A DNA stretch of 63,986 nt, filler included, from Kipferlia bialata (GCA_003568945.1; 6 parts of 6 records of this genome joined end to end with filler, not necessarily neighbours in it); one strand, 5' to 3'; shown: positions 38,422 to 52,140, counted from the whole stretch's first letter. Notes: generated by a model from the letters alone, not told the origin. Numbers and translations are program-made.

Positions 38422-39104
38422 TTAGCACTTCTGCTCAACGATGGCTGGGAGCCAGTAGTAGAAGAAGCACTCCTCACCCACCCACTTGGAGAGGACGATG
38501 ACGCCGGAGTCGTCGAAGCCGGCTCCAGTGTAGAACTGCCACTCGTCGAAGGTAGCAAGGATCTCCTTGACAAACACCATGGAGTCCTTCTTGAAGGCGT
38601 CAACGGTAAGGTCTCCTCCCTTCTCCTCGAGACGGGCGCACACCTTGGCGAAGAAGCTCTTGAGGTGTCCCCTGTAGGTCTTCTTGGTGTAGGTGGTCTC
38701 GTTGAGGTTGTAGTACATCACAACATCAAGGACCTGCTCGGGGTTCGGGTCGTCCTCGTCAGCGTCCTCAGCGGTGACGAACTTGGCGGGAACCTTCATG
38801 ATGAGTCCGTTGTACTCAATGGTGGCGGGCATGGAGTCACTGATGGTGAGATTTGGTTTTCGAAACAGATACGCCATGCACCAAATAACCAGAAAAGCGT
38901 CATCCCCAATACCTAAGACATCAACACCAAAAAATTCCGACATCCACACAACAGAAACCCACATAGCCTCGAAAGACACCGAGAAAAGATGTGGTAGTTA
39001 CAAATCTTGCCAAAGACCCTACTTTTAACTATAGAAGATCCTCCCACACATATAACTCACCTGCAGAGCTCCTCGTCGGTGAAAGCACACTTGTAGACCT
39101 TCAT
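38422..39104 (-). CDS. TCTP: Translationally controlled tumour protein (exons 39061-39104, 38422-38839)
   Basis: MKVYKCAFTDEELCSDS...VLDVVMYYNLNET-YTKKTYRGHLK...FDEWQFYTG...AIVEQKC*. Confidence 0.92.
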
Positions 39105-39245
39105 CTTTCAATGTTCCGAAGAAGCAATCGGTCAGTGCTGGCTTTCAGGAATCCTTATTACAATGACAAAAGGGTGTAGTACTCAGAAATGAAAAATCTC
39201 AAAAGGGTCGATAGGTCTCTCGACTCTGAAAGAGCCTTTAAGACT

Positions 39246-41091
39246 ATGGCATTGAGTTCTGGTGAGGAAGCCCAGGGCTTGGTGGCCGGGGACTCTGATG
39301 CAGAGAAGTCATCCACTGTGTGTCTTTTTATCACAATATGCGCCCTAGTGGCCTCTGTGGCGTTAGTAGTGACTATTGGGTAAGTGTATGAGATACTTAA
39401 AGACCAGACTCATTCTTTGTCGCTAACGCAGGTGGTGGACATACCTGTTCTATTCTCCCAAGTATGTTTCCGATTCTATTCTTCAGCACCGGCAGGCGGA
39501 GTCTCTCCTCCATCAAGACATATCCGTAACAATTCCCTTTGGTATTGTCTCAATAAGAGAGGACAGTAGCGCAGTAGGTATGGTTATCTACCATAGTAGT
39601 GTATGGTACACTTGTCAACGTTGGGATGGTCAGTCTCGACCTCTGTCTCACGATGCCACTTCTCCTTTCTGACCCCAGCTGTGTCCTTGGACCTCGTCTA
39701 TTCAAGCAATGACGAGGAGGACTTCGACTGTCTGTCTGCCTCCATTGAACAAGTGGGCCTCACCTGGCAGGCAGTGGGCAGTGTGTGTGAGTCATTCAAG
39801 TGAGTGTTGTGGGGTTATCTAGATGCTGACCGAGAGAATGGTGCTAATAATGCCTATGACATTCATATGTATGTCACTCTCTCTCTCTCTGATATCTCAG
39901 GGGTTCTTCCTTCTTCAGCAACGCTAAGTTCGAGGCCATCATTCGGATTCCGTCTGTGTCCGTGGCGCCTGACTCTCTGGCCACCTCCCAGGTACTATCA
40001 GTGTGTGTCAATGCATTACTGTTTCATGATGATCCACTATTATTAATCCCAGGTCCTGGTGGATGTGGGTGTGGGGGATGTGCTGGTCAGTCTCAGCACG
40101 GCCAGCGCCAACCACCTCGGGGTGGCCCTGACCCAGGTATAGTATATGAATGCATATGTACATGTGGTTATGCAGTGTAGTGTGTGATCATTCCTCTGAG
40201 TCTCCCTCTCTGTTCACTGTGTTGTTCTGCTAGTCCTTGTGGCCGTACTCGTGCCCTGCCCTTACTCCCAGGGTGAGTGTGTCGTGGTGGGTGGCACCTA
40301 TGCCAGTGCCGACTTCCTGCTGGGCAGGAGTGAGGTCCTGGTCGATGAGGCTGCCATTGGCATTCTGTCTGCGGCTGATCAGGTGGGGGTCTCGCCCTGG
40401 TTCCTCTATACACATGTTGCAACAGCCTTCTCTTACCCTAGGAGGGTCAGGAGGAGTCAGAGAGTAGGTTCAGCGCAGAGGACGTGTCTTTCGAGCAGCT
40501 GTCAGTGGAGCTGAACAATGCGGCGGTGGTGATTGAGGTTCTGCCAACCGATGAGGTATTGTCACCCTCCCAATGATTCTCTCAGCACTCCCGATGTTGG
40601 GAGAGCATCTTTATGATGGGTCTCTCTATACGTGCTGGCCTCTGACGCTAGGGTTACACAGGGCCTGTGAGCATTGAGGCCCCAAAGATCAAGATCCACG
40701 ATTCTGCCAAGGTACGCTACATGCCTCTATATCCCGATGTATCCTAGTTATAGTTCATTTCTCTCTTTGGGTGTAGATGCTGTACCTGTGACCCAGGCCG
40801 CAGTGGTTGTCGTAACTCCATGTCTCTGTTAGATGTTTGTATCTGCATGTTTACCTTCTTGTGACACAGACTTCATATGTTAATATACACACACGCGCAT
40901 ATATATACTCTAAGAATATGTATTCCTATGTGCGTATGTGCACGTGTGTATCCCTGCCTCACTGCCAGGCCATGTCTGCCTCCGTGGACGAGTCCTCCCA
41001 GTACACCGGGCAGTGTGGGGCAGAGACCCCAGGCCACTGGGCCGCAGTCACGCTGCAGCAGGGGGTGGTCAACTGGTACACGCTGACATAG
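39246..41091 (+). CDS. Hypothetical protein with an N-terminal transmembrane anchor (multi-exon)
   Basis: MALSSGEEAQGLV...TVCLFITICALVASVALVVTIG then GT donor; series of short exons with CCCCAG acceptors ending NWYTLT*; exon phases not fully verified. Confidence 0.5.
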
Positions 41092-41374
41092 GCCCTGGCA
41101 AGGCCATAGGCAGGGGGTGGCAGTGGGGATGGTGAATCATTCCACCAGAGAGGAAGGACATGTCGTTGGGCATCCATTGAATGCAGCTTTGAGTGACAAT
41201 GCTGACAGTGTCATCACTCTATGACAGGGAATGAATATTGAATTGATGATTGAATATATGTTCGAATTAATAGTAAACTATGAAGGAACAGACAACTCTA
41301 TTGACTGTTCTATGGAAATGAAAACGCATCAACATATGATACATATATATGGGAGACCCTCTGCCAAATCCAAT

Positions 41375-44058
41375 TTAGAGAGTAGACATTCCGTCCTGTC
41401 CAAACCTAGTAGTCTCAGAGAGGTGCCCCTCATTCTCTCCTCTCTCCCTCTCCTCCCGCTTCCGGGCCTGGGTCTCCCTGAAGGCCTGCTTGGACCGGCC
41501 CAGAGACGATACGCTGGAGGTCAGCCGGCCAATGGTATTGGCCAGCTCCTGGGGTCAGACACAACGCAAGGCGGAGCCTGAAGGAGGGACACACACAAAC
41601 ACATACACAACACGAGTGGCCGTACCATGTTGGTCTCCCTCAGCTGCTCGAACTCCTCGACCGAGATGCCGCTCAGGGACTCCGATGCCTGCAGCTCCTT
41701 CTCCTGGCATAAGACAGATAAGACAGATAAGATAGATAAGAGAGATAAGAGAGATAAGACAGANNNNNNNNNNNNNNNNNNNNNNNNNNNNNNNNNNNNN
41801 NNNNNNNNNNNNNNNNNNNNNNNNNNNNNNNNNNNNNNNNNNNNNNNNNATAGATAAGATAGATAAGATAGATAAGAGAGATAAGATAGATAAGATAGAT
41901 AAGATAGATAAGAGAGATAAGACAGATAAGATAGATAAGATAGATAAGATAGATAAGATCAGGGGAGGCAGTGTCAGTATCAGTATAGAATAGAACACTA
42001 TAGAAGATACTGATACTGACACTCCTTCTCCTGGCATCAGGGAGGCAGACACAGAGGGGATACTGCATATGTGTGATATCATGTGATAACACATGACTCA
42101 ACAAGAAGAGTGGCTAAAGAGAGAACACATGGATGACTCACCAGGCAGTCCATCCGAGCCAGGTTCCTATCCTGCTGGGCCTCCAGCACCGACACCTTCT
42201 CCGTCAGCACCGCCACCACCTCCTGCTCCTCCCTCAGCCGTGCCTGGGCGTCCTCCATGGACGTGCGGGCCTCGGTGGCTGCGGCGTCCACTGCCTGGTA
42301 GTCCCTGTCCTTGGCCAGGGCAGAGGTCTCCAGCACGTCGATCCTGTCCCGGTACTCACAGACCTGGCCGCGCAGGGCCTCCACCTCCTCGCGGCTGGAG
42401 TGAGGTACGCAACGGCAGCAACCATTTAGATACATAATACACCCTGAGTAACAGGGGGAATAACAAAGCCTGGGTAGCACCCCTCCTCACCTAGCCCTGA
42501 GGGACTGTGCCCGTGCATCGTACTCCTTCTGGGCCTGCTCCAGCTTGGACCGCGCCATCTCAGCCTCCACCCGCTCGCCCACGTCTCTCCGCTGAATCTC
42601 ATCCGTCAGGGACTGTGCCCGCACCTCGCTCTCCCCGGCCCGGGTCTGGGCCTCGTCTCTCTCCTGCCTCAGCCCGGTGGCCTCCTCCCTCAGCCGCGTC
42701 AGGTCCTCCCGCAGACTGGCAATCTGCCGGTCCTGCTATTAGATATATGACACAGGACGGACCACAGACACACACACACATACAATGCATATAGTTTACA
42801 CGCATATGTATAGCTCTGTACCTTCATGGTGAGCTGCATGGCCTGCTGCTCGTTCTGCTGCTCCACCTTCCACAGGGCATCCTTCGCAGCAGAGGTGGAG
42901 TCCTCCAGAGAGGTCCGGCCCTGCTCCAGCTCCAACGTCCGCTGACATAAGACAGCAATATACACATGTGTGTACATGTATACAAATATAAATAAAGATA
43001 GATATAGGAGACACCAAGACCCACAACACATTGCATTGCACTACTCACCCTCTGAGAGTCCTTCAGGTCAACCCGGGCAGCAGACAGCTCCCTCTCTCGG
43101 CGGTCTGCCTCCGTCTTGGAGCAGAAGTCCCCCTTGACCCGCCGGGTCTCGTCCTCGGCCTCCTGCAGCCTGACCCCCAGGGCGTTGGCCCTCTCCTCTG
43201 CGGCCTTGGTCCTGGCCTGCAGGTTCTGGATGGTCTGGTCGTTGGCGGCGATAGTCCGGCTCAGCTCCGATATCTCATTGGACCGGCCCTCTGCAGTCAG
43301 GTTGGCACGGTGGAGCTCCACGCGCACAGCCTCCCGGGCGGCCTAGGGTGGGATGCAAACACCCTACAAAGCAATGAACTTGAAGTGTAACACATGCTGA
43401 CACACTGCTACCACACGAGGAAGACCAGCCATAATATCATCAACCATACCTCGATTGCATGTGGGTGGTGCTGCATCTCTCGCCGCAGAGTCTCGTTCTC
43501 TACTCGGAGCTCCGTGGCAATAGCCTCTGCGTCCACCTGGGCCTGTCGGTTGGTATCAGTAACAGGAGAGAGTATTCAACACATAGGGCAGAAGAACAAA
43601 CCTTCTTCGCTGCCTCAGTGGCTCTCTCATTCTCCTTCAGCTGCGAGACATACTTGGACTTCAGGCTGGCGATGTGCTCATTGAGTGGGGCTGGGTGTTA
43701 ACTGGAGAGCTGTGGATAGAAATCGGTAATGGACAGCATCAGACTGTCACGTACCTGACACGTCCAGGGATGGATCACGGGCAGGGTCTGCCTCTACAGC
43801 CACAGACCTGACCTTGGGCCCAGGTTCAGCCAGTTTCTCTCTGAGTAGCCGACCTTGAAGCTCCAGATAGTAGACCTGCTGCTGCAGATTGTAAACGTAC
43901 TCCCTCTCTACTACACCTCCTTGCCCGGAAGGCTGTCCTCCTGCCCCATGGGGAAGGGAAGGGGCGCTAGGCCCTAGACTCTGTCTCTGTGTTTGGCGTG
44001 CAGAAGACGATGGGACATTCGACCTGGAAGGGCGGGTCAACCGCCCAGAACTGTGCAT
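41375..44058 (-). CDS. Long coiled-coil protein (possibly flagellar or basal-body)
   Basis: EYVYNLQQQVYYLELQGRLLRE motif followed by E/R/Q/A-rich heptad exons; localisation is inference. Confidence 0.7.
41710..41958. repeat. Intronic 9-mer satellite (AGATAAGAY/R)n spanning an N gap
   Basis: Tandem agataagat/agataagag/agataagac units. Confidence 0.9.
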
Positions 44059-44173
44059 ATACCCGCCTTCTACTCCCAGTTGCGCTGCGTGCTCCTAGTT
44101 TGCGCTGTTGGGCGTGTATTACAGCGCTAAGACGTGAATTTCTTCCACAAGCAGCCAGATGCCAAAAACCAAG

Positions 44174-44224
44174 TCACAAAGGGGGCTAGTCATTTTTGAA
44201 AATAATGACTAGCCCCCTTTGTGA
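44174..44224. repeat. Perfect 21-bp inverted repeat with 9-nt loop in a divergent intergenic region
   Basis: TCACAAAGGGGGCTAGTCATT (44174-44194) / AATGACTAGCCCCCTTTGTGA (44204-44224). Confidence 0.9.
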
Positions 44225-44538
44225 TTTGACATGATCGGTCTCAGGGTCTTAAACAGCAACTATTGGTGCGGTGCTGCCCTTGTACGCCCTGAGAAGCTAT
44301 ATTTAGCGTGCTTATAGTGGGCCAAGGGTCTCTTGGCCTTCTATAGGGATGGCTGACCGGTTTTACAGCGCACAGAGTCTGGGAGGTGTGTTTGTGTCTC
44401 TATACCGACAGTCTCAGGATCTGTAGCTTCACTGACCTCGGGGAATGGATGCTTCTGGTCCCTTCCTTCCTTTGAACTGTGTTTAACTGTGTATTGTGGA
44501 GTATATCTATGTATTGACATATATTATTACTATCTCTT

Positions 44539-46879
44539 ATGTCAGAACCAGACAGGCAGGGATGGCTTATGAAGCACTCTAGCACCAGTGAAGACAACAG
44601 CAAGAACAGTAAGAAGAAACGGTACTTCAGATTGTTCTCCAGGGGCTACCTGGTGTACACAGCCAACGCGGATACTCCTGATATCAAGGGGAAAGTCAGA
44701 CTGCTGGGTTGTTCTGTGCGGAACGAGGAGTATGAAGGGGAGGCAGTGGTCTGTCTGAAGACACCAGTGCGGACGTATCGGCTGTACAACCCTGATGACC
44801 AGGAGGATCTGGAGAAGTGGGGGGAGGAGATATCCAAGATCATTCTGACCCTGCGGGATGTCACATCCCCCCTCCGCACCCTTCAGCCCCTGGGCTCAGA
44901 GTTACAGGACTCCCAGGACGACACCCACACCCCTGCTGTGCTGGAGAAGCAGGTAGACACGGCCTGGAGGGGAGGGGGGGGGCAGCTCAACGAGGAGCAG
45001 CGGTCTGCCCAGGAGACCCTGGTGCCCTTCATCGACTCCCCAGACGCAGACTTCTACTCAGAGGTCCAGACCGTGTACAAGTTTCCGGACCGCCAGACCC
45101 TGGCTGCCGATGCGGAGGGGGACGGAGATGACATCAGGACTGAGTGGGCTCTGGAGCTGGGGAGAGAGGAGGAGGTGGTCTTGGCCTGCTGGCGGGGGGT
45201 GCGGGTGAGAGAGTCCCGGTGTGCTCCTGAGGACGTGGATGACGTGGGTCAGGGTGTGTCGACGCAGGACCTGGCCCAGTACGAGAGCCGGGACAAGTGG
45301 AGTGTGTATGTGACTGCCACCATGCTTGTCATACACAGGCAGGGCAACGCAGGCACCACGCTGCCCTGGAGCCGCACCACTATGGAGTGGACCCACGGGA
45401 CATGCCGGCTGGTCCTGGATGACGAGCGGGGCAAGAAGGCGTACCTGATCGATGTCACCAGAGCCCAGGCCCAGATTGTGTGTGACATGGTCATTCTCGC
45501 CAGAGAGAGGCCCCGCGGAGACACGGGGCGGGACCTCATCGTGACGGACTTCCCCCGGGAGTGTGTGTCTGGGATGGGGGCCCTGCCCTTCTCTCTCTCC
45601 TATGGCAAGGACGTGTCCAACACGGGGGAGACGGCCCCCCTCCCGTCCATAGCCGTGTGTGCCACTGGCATGCGGGTCAGCAAGGAGTGGCCGAAGGAGC
45701 TGTGGGATGCGCATGTGCCAGTCCAGAAGGAGGGGTACCTGCGGCAGATGTATGACACGTCCATGGGCAGGGATGTGTGGCGCAAGGTGTATGTAGTGCT
45801 GGGCAGGGGCAGGCTGTGTGTGTTCGAGAGTGAGGAGTCCACCACGGCCCTCTCCTCCGTCAAGCTCAGCTACTGCACCAGCAGCCACAGCGACCACAGG
45901 ACCCAGGGGCACAGCACCTTCGGGATCTATCTCTACAGAGAGGACTGCATGTTCTTCCAAGGCATGTTTCTGTATTTATGTGTCGTATCGGTGTTGTTGC
46001 TGGGTACTATGAGTGTGTAAAGGGTATATCTGAGTATGTATGTGATTGTGTTCCCATATCATCCCGCTCCCCCAGCCCCCCTTCTGACCCCAGCTCCGTC
46101 TGATGAGGTGGTGTCCGAGTGGGTGGACTGCATATCCAGGGCGGCGCTGCAGGTGGGTGCCTCATGTCAGTGTCAGTATATGCAAATATATACTACATAC
46201 ATACTATATGATAATGACATATATGCCACTGACACTGCAGGTGGGTGCCTTAGTGTCTCTACGTTCTATATGATACTAGGTATGTGGTAATGATGCCAGT
46301 GATGCTGATACTGACCCTGACACTGCAGGTGGAGCCCGTCTTTGCCGACCTCACGGGTGATGACGCAGAGATTGCCGAGGATGTCCTGGCCACCATCAAG
46401 GACGCGACATCCCAGGAGCAGATATCGGCCACAAAGCTGGCCTGTTCGTCCTTCCACATCAACCCAGGTATCAGTATCAGTGTCAGTATCAGTATCAATA
46501 TATATATCAACCCAGGTGACATGCACTTGGGCGGTGGCAGTGTCGGTGGATGTATACTGTGTAGGCACTAATACATGTATTGATGTCCCAAGAAACAAGC
46601 TCTCATCTATTTCCAGCTTCAGTATGAGTATGTATTGTATATATGTATATATATACGTATATACTGATTCCCTCTACTAGTCCTGACATCCCAGGTGACA
46701 AGCTTCTCAACTACTTCCCAGTGAAACGCCACATGGGGGGTAAGGGACTGGAGTACCACCTGTTTCTGTTCCAGCACCAGTTATGTCTGATGCGTAAGGT
46801 ACTGATACAATGTGTAGGCACCGCAATGTTGTATGGTGGTTCTCTTTGGTTGAATCGCGATATGTATACTCATAAGTAC

Positions 46880-46921
<42 letters not shown>

Positions 46922-48548
46922 TATACATGGGGTACATTATATAGGTATATATTAATATGTATGTGTGCATTGTACCCATTTAGAGACATTATAGAGGAAC
47001 TCTATACTGAGTATATACCTCTTGTGTCCCTTCCAGTACATCCCTCACTGTGGCCATGCATCATACCCCCCGTCTCCCCTGTATCACACCCACCCTAGGT
47101 CGGCCACTCTCGGTCACTCAAGGACGAGGTCCGAGAGGCCGCTGCCGTTAACACCGACAAGCTGGTGCTCAAGTTCAGGGACATCATGAATCTCCTGATT
47201 CCCAACAAGACGGTCACCCTCATCGGCGGGAAGAGGCTGGTGATCAAGTATCAGAAGGGCGACTTCTCCAGCGACCAGGAGCTGGTGCTGGAGTCCGACG
47301 CCTTTAGGGACGACATGCTGCGTCTGATCCGTGACCTGTGGTCCATGTCGCTGGGGAATGACCCCCAGTCCCTCACGGACGAGAGCGGCGGCGGCCCCAC
47401 CTGTGCGTCTCTGTTGGAGGACGCGTCGGAGAGGGGCTGGGTGGAGCTGCTGGAGGGCAAGAGCTTCAAGCGGTACTGGCTGATGCTGTATGGGGAGTAC
47501 ATCTTTGTGTACAACCAGGCAACGGACAGCCGCCCCACCGGCCTTGCCCTTGTACTTGAGAACTGCCTTGCCATGCCGGCTGACAGACTGGTACAGGTGT
47601 CCCGGATGGAGGGGGTCGGGTCCACCCTGGTTATTGTGTTTGCTTCGGGAGAGAGCCGTTTCCTCCGGTGCCACACTGATGCCCAGCGTGACCACTGGAT
47701 CTCCTACATCAACCAGTGTGTCATCTTCAGCACAGGCGAGGAGACGCCTTCGGAGGGGCAGATCCGGTCCATCCGGGAGGCACTTGTTGACAGGGTGGAG
47801 GCGCCCAACAAGAGGGAGATGGACTCCCGCCTCGAGAAGGCCCGCTTCTTCAACCTGCCCCCCGACGACATCCTGCTGTACAGGGCGGAGGGGGTCAACT
47901 GCATGAAGGGCGACATCGAGCACACCCAGTACCCCACCCTCTACAAGGCCAAGAACAGGACGGGGACCTGGAACGTGTACCTCACCAAGTACTGCGTGCT
48001 ACTGCAGCGGGTCAGGAGTGCCCAGCCGGCGGCCCATGTCTTCTACTACGAGGACTTCAAGGTATCAGTATCTGCAGATATATTTATACTGATACTGATA
48101 CTGACTTCCAGGTGCCGCCCCGCGTGAACAGTGAGAGCTGGACGTGCCACATTGAGACGACGGAGGGAGAGAGGATCACCCTGCAGCTGGGGGCAAAGGG
48201 AGACAACCACCCCTTCTGGCTGTTCTTCGACGACCTCTACACCACGGTACACTCCCAGGGTGACGACGTCCCCCCCTCCCTCAAGGTCAAGGAGAACCAG
48301 AAGCGGCACCGGTACGAGATCGTTGGCCCCACCCCAATTGCTCTCATTCCACCCATATTTGCCGGCCACCTAGAGAAGCTAGATGACAGGTAATGGTTAC
48401 TGACAGCCGTGTATCTGTGTGTTTTGGTATAATATGTGTGTTGGTATTATGTGTGTATTAGTGTATCTGGTCCTAAGTATAGTAAACAGTGTGTGTATGT
48501 GTATCTCTCCCCCCCCCCCCTTATGGCCCAGGTTCTTTACCAAGGCCG
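44539..48548 (+). CDS. Multi-PH-domain protein (3'-partial)
   Basis: PH motifs RQGWLMK...KKRYFRL...LEKWGEEI; KEGYL...WRKVYVVL...FQAPSDEVVSEWVDCI; RGWVEL...FKRYWLML...RDHWISYI; a further PH start FAGHLEK at the contig end. Confidence 0.85.
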
Positions 48549-48771
48549 NNNNNNNNNNNNNNNNNNNNNNNNNNNNNNNNNNNNNNNNNNNNTTAATTAA
48601 TTAANNNNNNNNNNNNNNNNNNNNNNNNNNNNNNNNNNNNNNNNNNNNCCCGCCCCGCGGTTGAAGACCCCCCCCCCCCCCCCCCCTTCAACTGCGTGTT
48701 CTGAAGACCCAAGTCCTTCTCACCTCTCTGATGTCTAGGTCACCCTCCCCCACCCCATCGATGCCCCTAAG

Positions 48772-48990
48772 GTCAAGGCATCATGGAGGCAGGGCACAAA
48801 GGTAAGGGGACGTGGATATACTGCTGAAAGTAGAGTCTGACTCCATCTCTCTTCATACTTGTATACAACTCTGATAATACCCCATTCTCACCCCAGACCA
48901 AGCCCAGCACCCTCTCCCTGACCATGCCCCGACTGGACATGCTCAACCACATGTAGGGTACCAGGGCCCCACACCCATGGCAGAGTGATG
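48772..48990 (+). CDS. Possible terminal exons of an unidentified gene at a contig start
   Basis: CCCTAAG/GT..GTAAG and CTCACCCCAG splice signals flank two short GC-rich segments; reading frame ambiguous. Confidence 0.3.
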
Positions 48991-49490
48991 GAGTCATGGA
49001 TGGGCACGTGACGATGACCCTGCGTCCCCTTGACTGGTAAGAGACATATTGGTAGATTGGTGGATCAGGCCAGGCCCCAAGAGTGACACACCCTGGGTAG
49101 CCAGACCCCACTGGGTGTGCATGCATCAGCGTCTAACTCATGTTGTTCATGGTTGGTGGGTCATGTATGGGCAGTGTCATGATCCTTTGTTCTCTCAGCA
49201 GGATGTTAAAAACATCATGTTTTGGCTGACAGTGATTACGGAGAATGTCAATGGTAGCAATTGTCCAAGGAAGTACGACACAGTAAAGCAATGGGTAAAG
49301 AACGTAAGTAAGGGACATAGCAGCACTCGTGTACTAGTATCATTGATCATCATTATCAGACGAAAACCTCGGTGATCACACAATCGAATTGTACAGGAAA
49401 AAACGGAAAAAGGGTCCCACTGTTTCCATACAGTCTGATGTGACCCCACACTGGCCACTCCTCTGTTGCATCTGCAAGGGGCACCCTGGC

Positions 49491-52140
49491 ATGTCCAGTG
49501 TGGAGTGCACCCGTGCTGATCTTGTGTTAGATGCTGAGGGGGCTGCGTACACCACCTCTTCCCTGCGGCTGTGGAAGTGTCTGCAAGTGTATTCCAGTCT
49601 GCATCGGCTGGACACTCCCTTCGCCAAGGTGTGTACTGGGGGGAGGCAGTTCTATTATATATCTCCTCTTCTCACACCAGTACAGTACCATGTCTGTCGT
49701 GCCGGGTATAGCCAATGGCCGCCTCCTAGTGCACCTCGCATCAAAGGTATCTCTACCCCTATCTCCTTATACTCCCCAAATAATCCTCTTATCACGCCAC
49801 GCCTTACGTATCACACGAAAGGCCGTTACTGTGTAGTACCTCTATTATCTTGTGAGTGTTCCTTGGCATTTAGTCCGTCTTTGCTAAACGTATCATATAA
49901 CAATCATGTTACAGTCTACTTACCTGCTACTCTTGAGCTCTGTGCAGGAAATCACTTCATTCTCTGGACTAAGTCATGTTTTCAGTCACTGCAATCGCTC
50001 CCCCTCTCTCTATTTCATATTTATTGACTCTCTGTAGTGTGTATGTCTGTCCAAGAGCTGTTCAGTGATTCTTCTCTAGATCTACCCCCCTTTGGCGTAG
50101 TCCAAAAACAGACGTGTTAACGGTGTCCATCCTACACTATTGCACGTAATTGCCTCTCTCCTCCCACCTCCAGGCTGGATATTTATGGCAAGATTCGTCG
50201 ATTGGTGAAGAGAGAGTCTTCACCCAGTCCGACACCGTTGACGAGACCCTCCTAACCCCACTGTTCCAGTGGCTTCAGACCCTTGACCTGACCCCCTCAA
50301 CAGATACCCCACACCTCCCTAGTGACCTGGTGGATGCCGCCCGGGTCACCCCCTGTCTGGTGTTCCTGGCAGGGTGTGTGGAGTGTCTGCTTCAGCGCCA
50401 GGGCGTGTCTGCCTCTGCCCTTGCCTCCTACTCCGACGTGCCATACCCCTCGCACTCTGTGTCTGAGGACATGGTCTCTGTGGTAGTGGCTGAGCTGGGG
50501 CAGGGGGTGCTGGCGGTACCCAATGTCAACGACGACTACCAGGGGTATGTATCTGTCTGGGGGTCAGGGGCATGGGCCGTGCATGCATGCGGCTTCCTAG
50601 GCTGTGTGGGTCTCATCATGGTGGTCGTGGCCCTACCCACAAGGCTCTACCGGATCCTGCCACCTGAAGAGTACGATATGGTAGTAGTCTCATTCCACTC
50701 CTACCTCCTTACACTCTCTCACAGTGTCCTCACCCCAAGCTACTCCGTGGCCAATGCCAATCTCCTCGCTGTCTTCAACCTGGTGCAGCTCTTCGCCTCC
50801 CCCGCTATCCAGCGTCTCTCAGACTCTGTGGGCCGCAAGAGGCTCGTCACCCTGCTGAATGCCCTATATGCCTTGTGCTTCTACATGTCAGGATTGAGCA
50901 CCCGCCTCTTTTCCTCCCCAGGCAAGGAGTATGCGTGGCTGTATGCGTGGCGTGCCCTGTCTGGTGTGGCTGCCATGATAGTGCCCCTGGGCAATGTGGT
51001 GCTGGGTGACATCCTGCCCCTGCAGCAGAGGCCCCAGCACCTGGCCTTCCTCAACGGCATCACCAACGCCAGCGGCATCCTGGGACCCCTCCTCCTGCTA
51101 GTCATATCGGGCAGGGTGTCCAGCAATGCGCAGTACTGGCGCTGGGCATGCACTGTAGCAGCTGGGTTCTGCCTCCTTGCCTGTCTGGGCACTGCTCTCT
51201 TCCTTCCTGAGACTGCCCCCCTCCCCAGGGCCAGGAGGGTCATCGACAGAGTGCAGGGGTCAGAGGGCACAGACACAGAGGGGGCACAGGAGGGGGTGTC
51301 TACAGAGCCAGACGGGTGGCTGGCTACCTTCAACACAGTGAGGCGAGACCGCAACCTGGTCATGCTCATAGTGGCATACACCCTCACGCTGAGTGTCTTC
51401 AAGGGGGGTAGCGACATGGCCGGGGTGATACTGATGCAGCAGTTCGGCTTCTCACGAGACGCCTACTCCGCTGCTGCCGTCATATTCTGTGCCGTGTGTG
51501 CATTTGGAGGCATAGTGCTGGCCAAGCCCCTGATGAGACGGGTGGGGGAGAGGATGACCACACATGTGGGGCATGCCCTGGCAGCCCTGGCACTAGTGCT
51601 CTACCAGCCATTGGTATCTGAGTACACACCCACAGGGGTGCCATACTACAGAGACACCAGGTTCTGGCTGTTCAACCTCACCCTGGGTCTGCTAGGCCTA
51701 TCTGATGGGGTGGCCCAGCCATCCTCCATGTCCATGTTCAGTCTGTACGCAACCCCATTCAACAAGGTGTGACATGTGTGACATGCATACACGGTTCACC
51801 CCATCGTACTCTCCCTCAGTCTTATGACCCACCTCTCTCCATCACTCTCCATATATGTCTCACCCTCCAGGGCAGTGTCCTCGGCATCGCTCAGATTGGC
51901 AACAGCCTGGGCCGGTCTCTCCCAACCATGGCCCTTGGGTACCTCTATGCCGTGAACCCCCACCTAGGCTTCGGCCTATTCATGGTCCTCCCAGTGATAG
52001 CCGCTCTCCTCACCCACGCCACCCTCCCCCCCCTACAACTGCATGCCATCAGGGCAGAGGGTGTGTCCAGAGACAGGGTCAGGGCGCTGGAGTGCACAGG
52101 ACATCGCCTGGCAGAAGGAGACGCCATGGCCGTGGTCTAG
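49491..52140 (+). CDS. MFS transporter (DHA1/TetA-like) with a soluble N-terminal extension
   Basis: Motif A RLSDSVGRKR, WRALSG, GILGPLL, FLPET, about 12 hydrophobic segments; last exon GSVLGIAQIGNSLGR; start codon inferred. Confidence 0.85.

Noticed and set aside
38416..38979. Plus-strand 166-aa ORF and the extended N-terminus of the 185-aa minus ORF
   Set aside because: Shadow of TCTP; the true TCTP start is in a separate exon at 39104
45058..47923. Long minus-strand ORFs (300 aa and 269 aa)
   Set aside because: Antisense shadows of GC3-rich PH-gene exons
49176..49232. Possible C/D-box snoRNA (TGTCA..ATGATCC...CTGA..TGACA)
   Set aside because: Poor C box, short, no identifiable guide sequence
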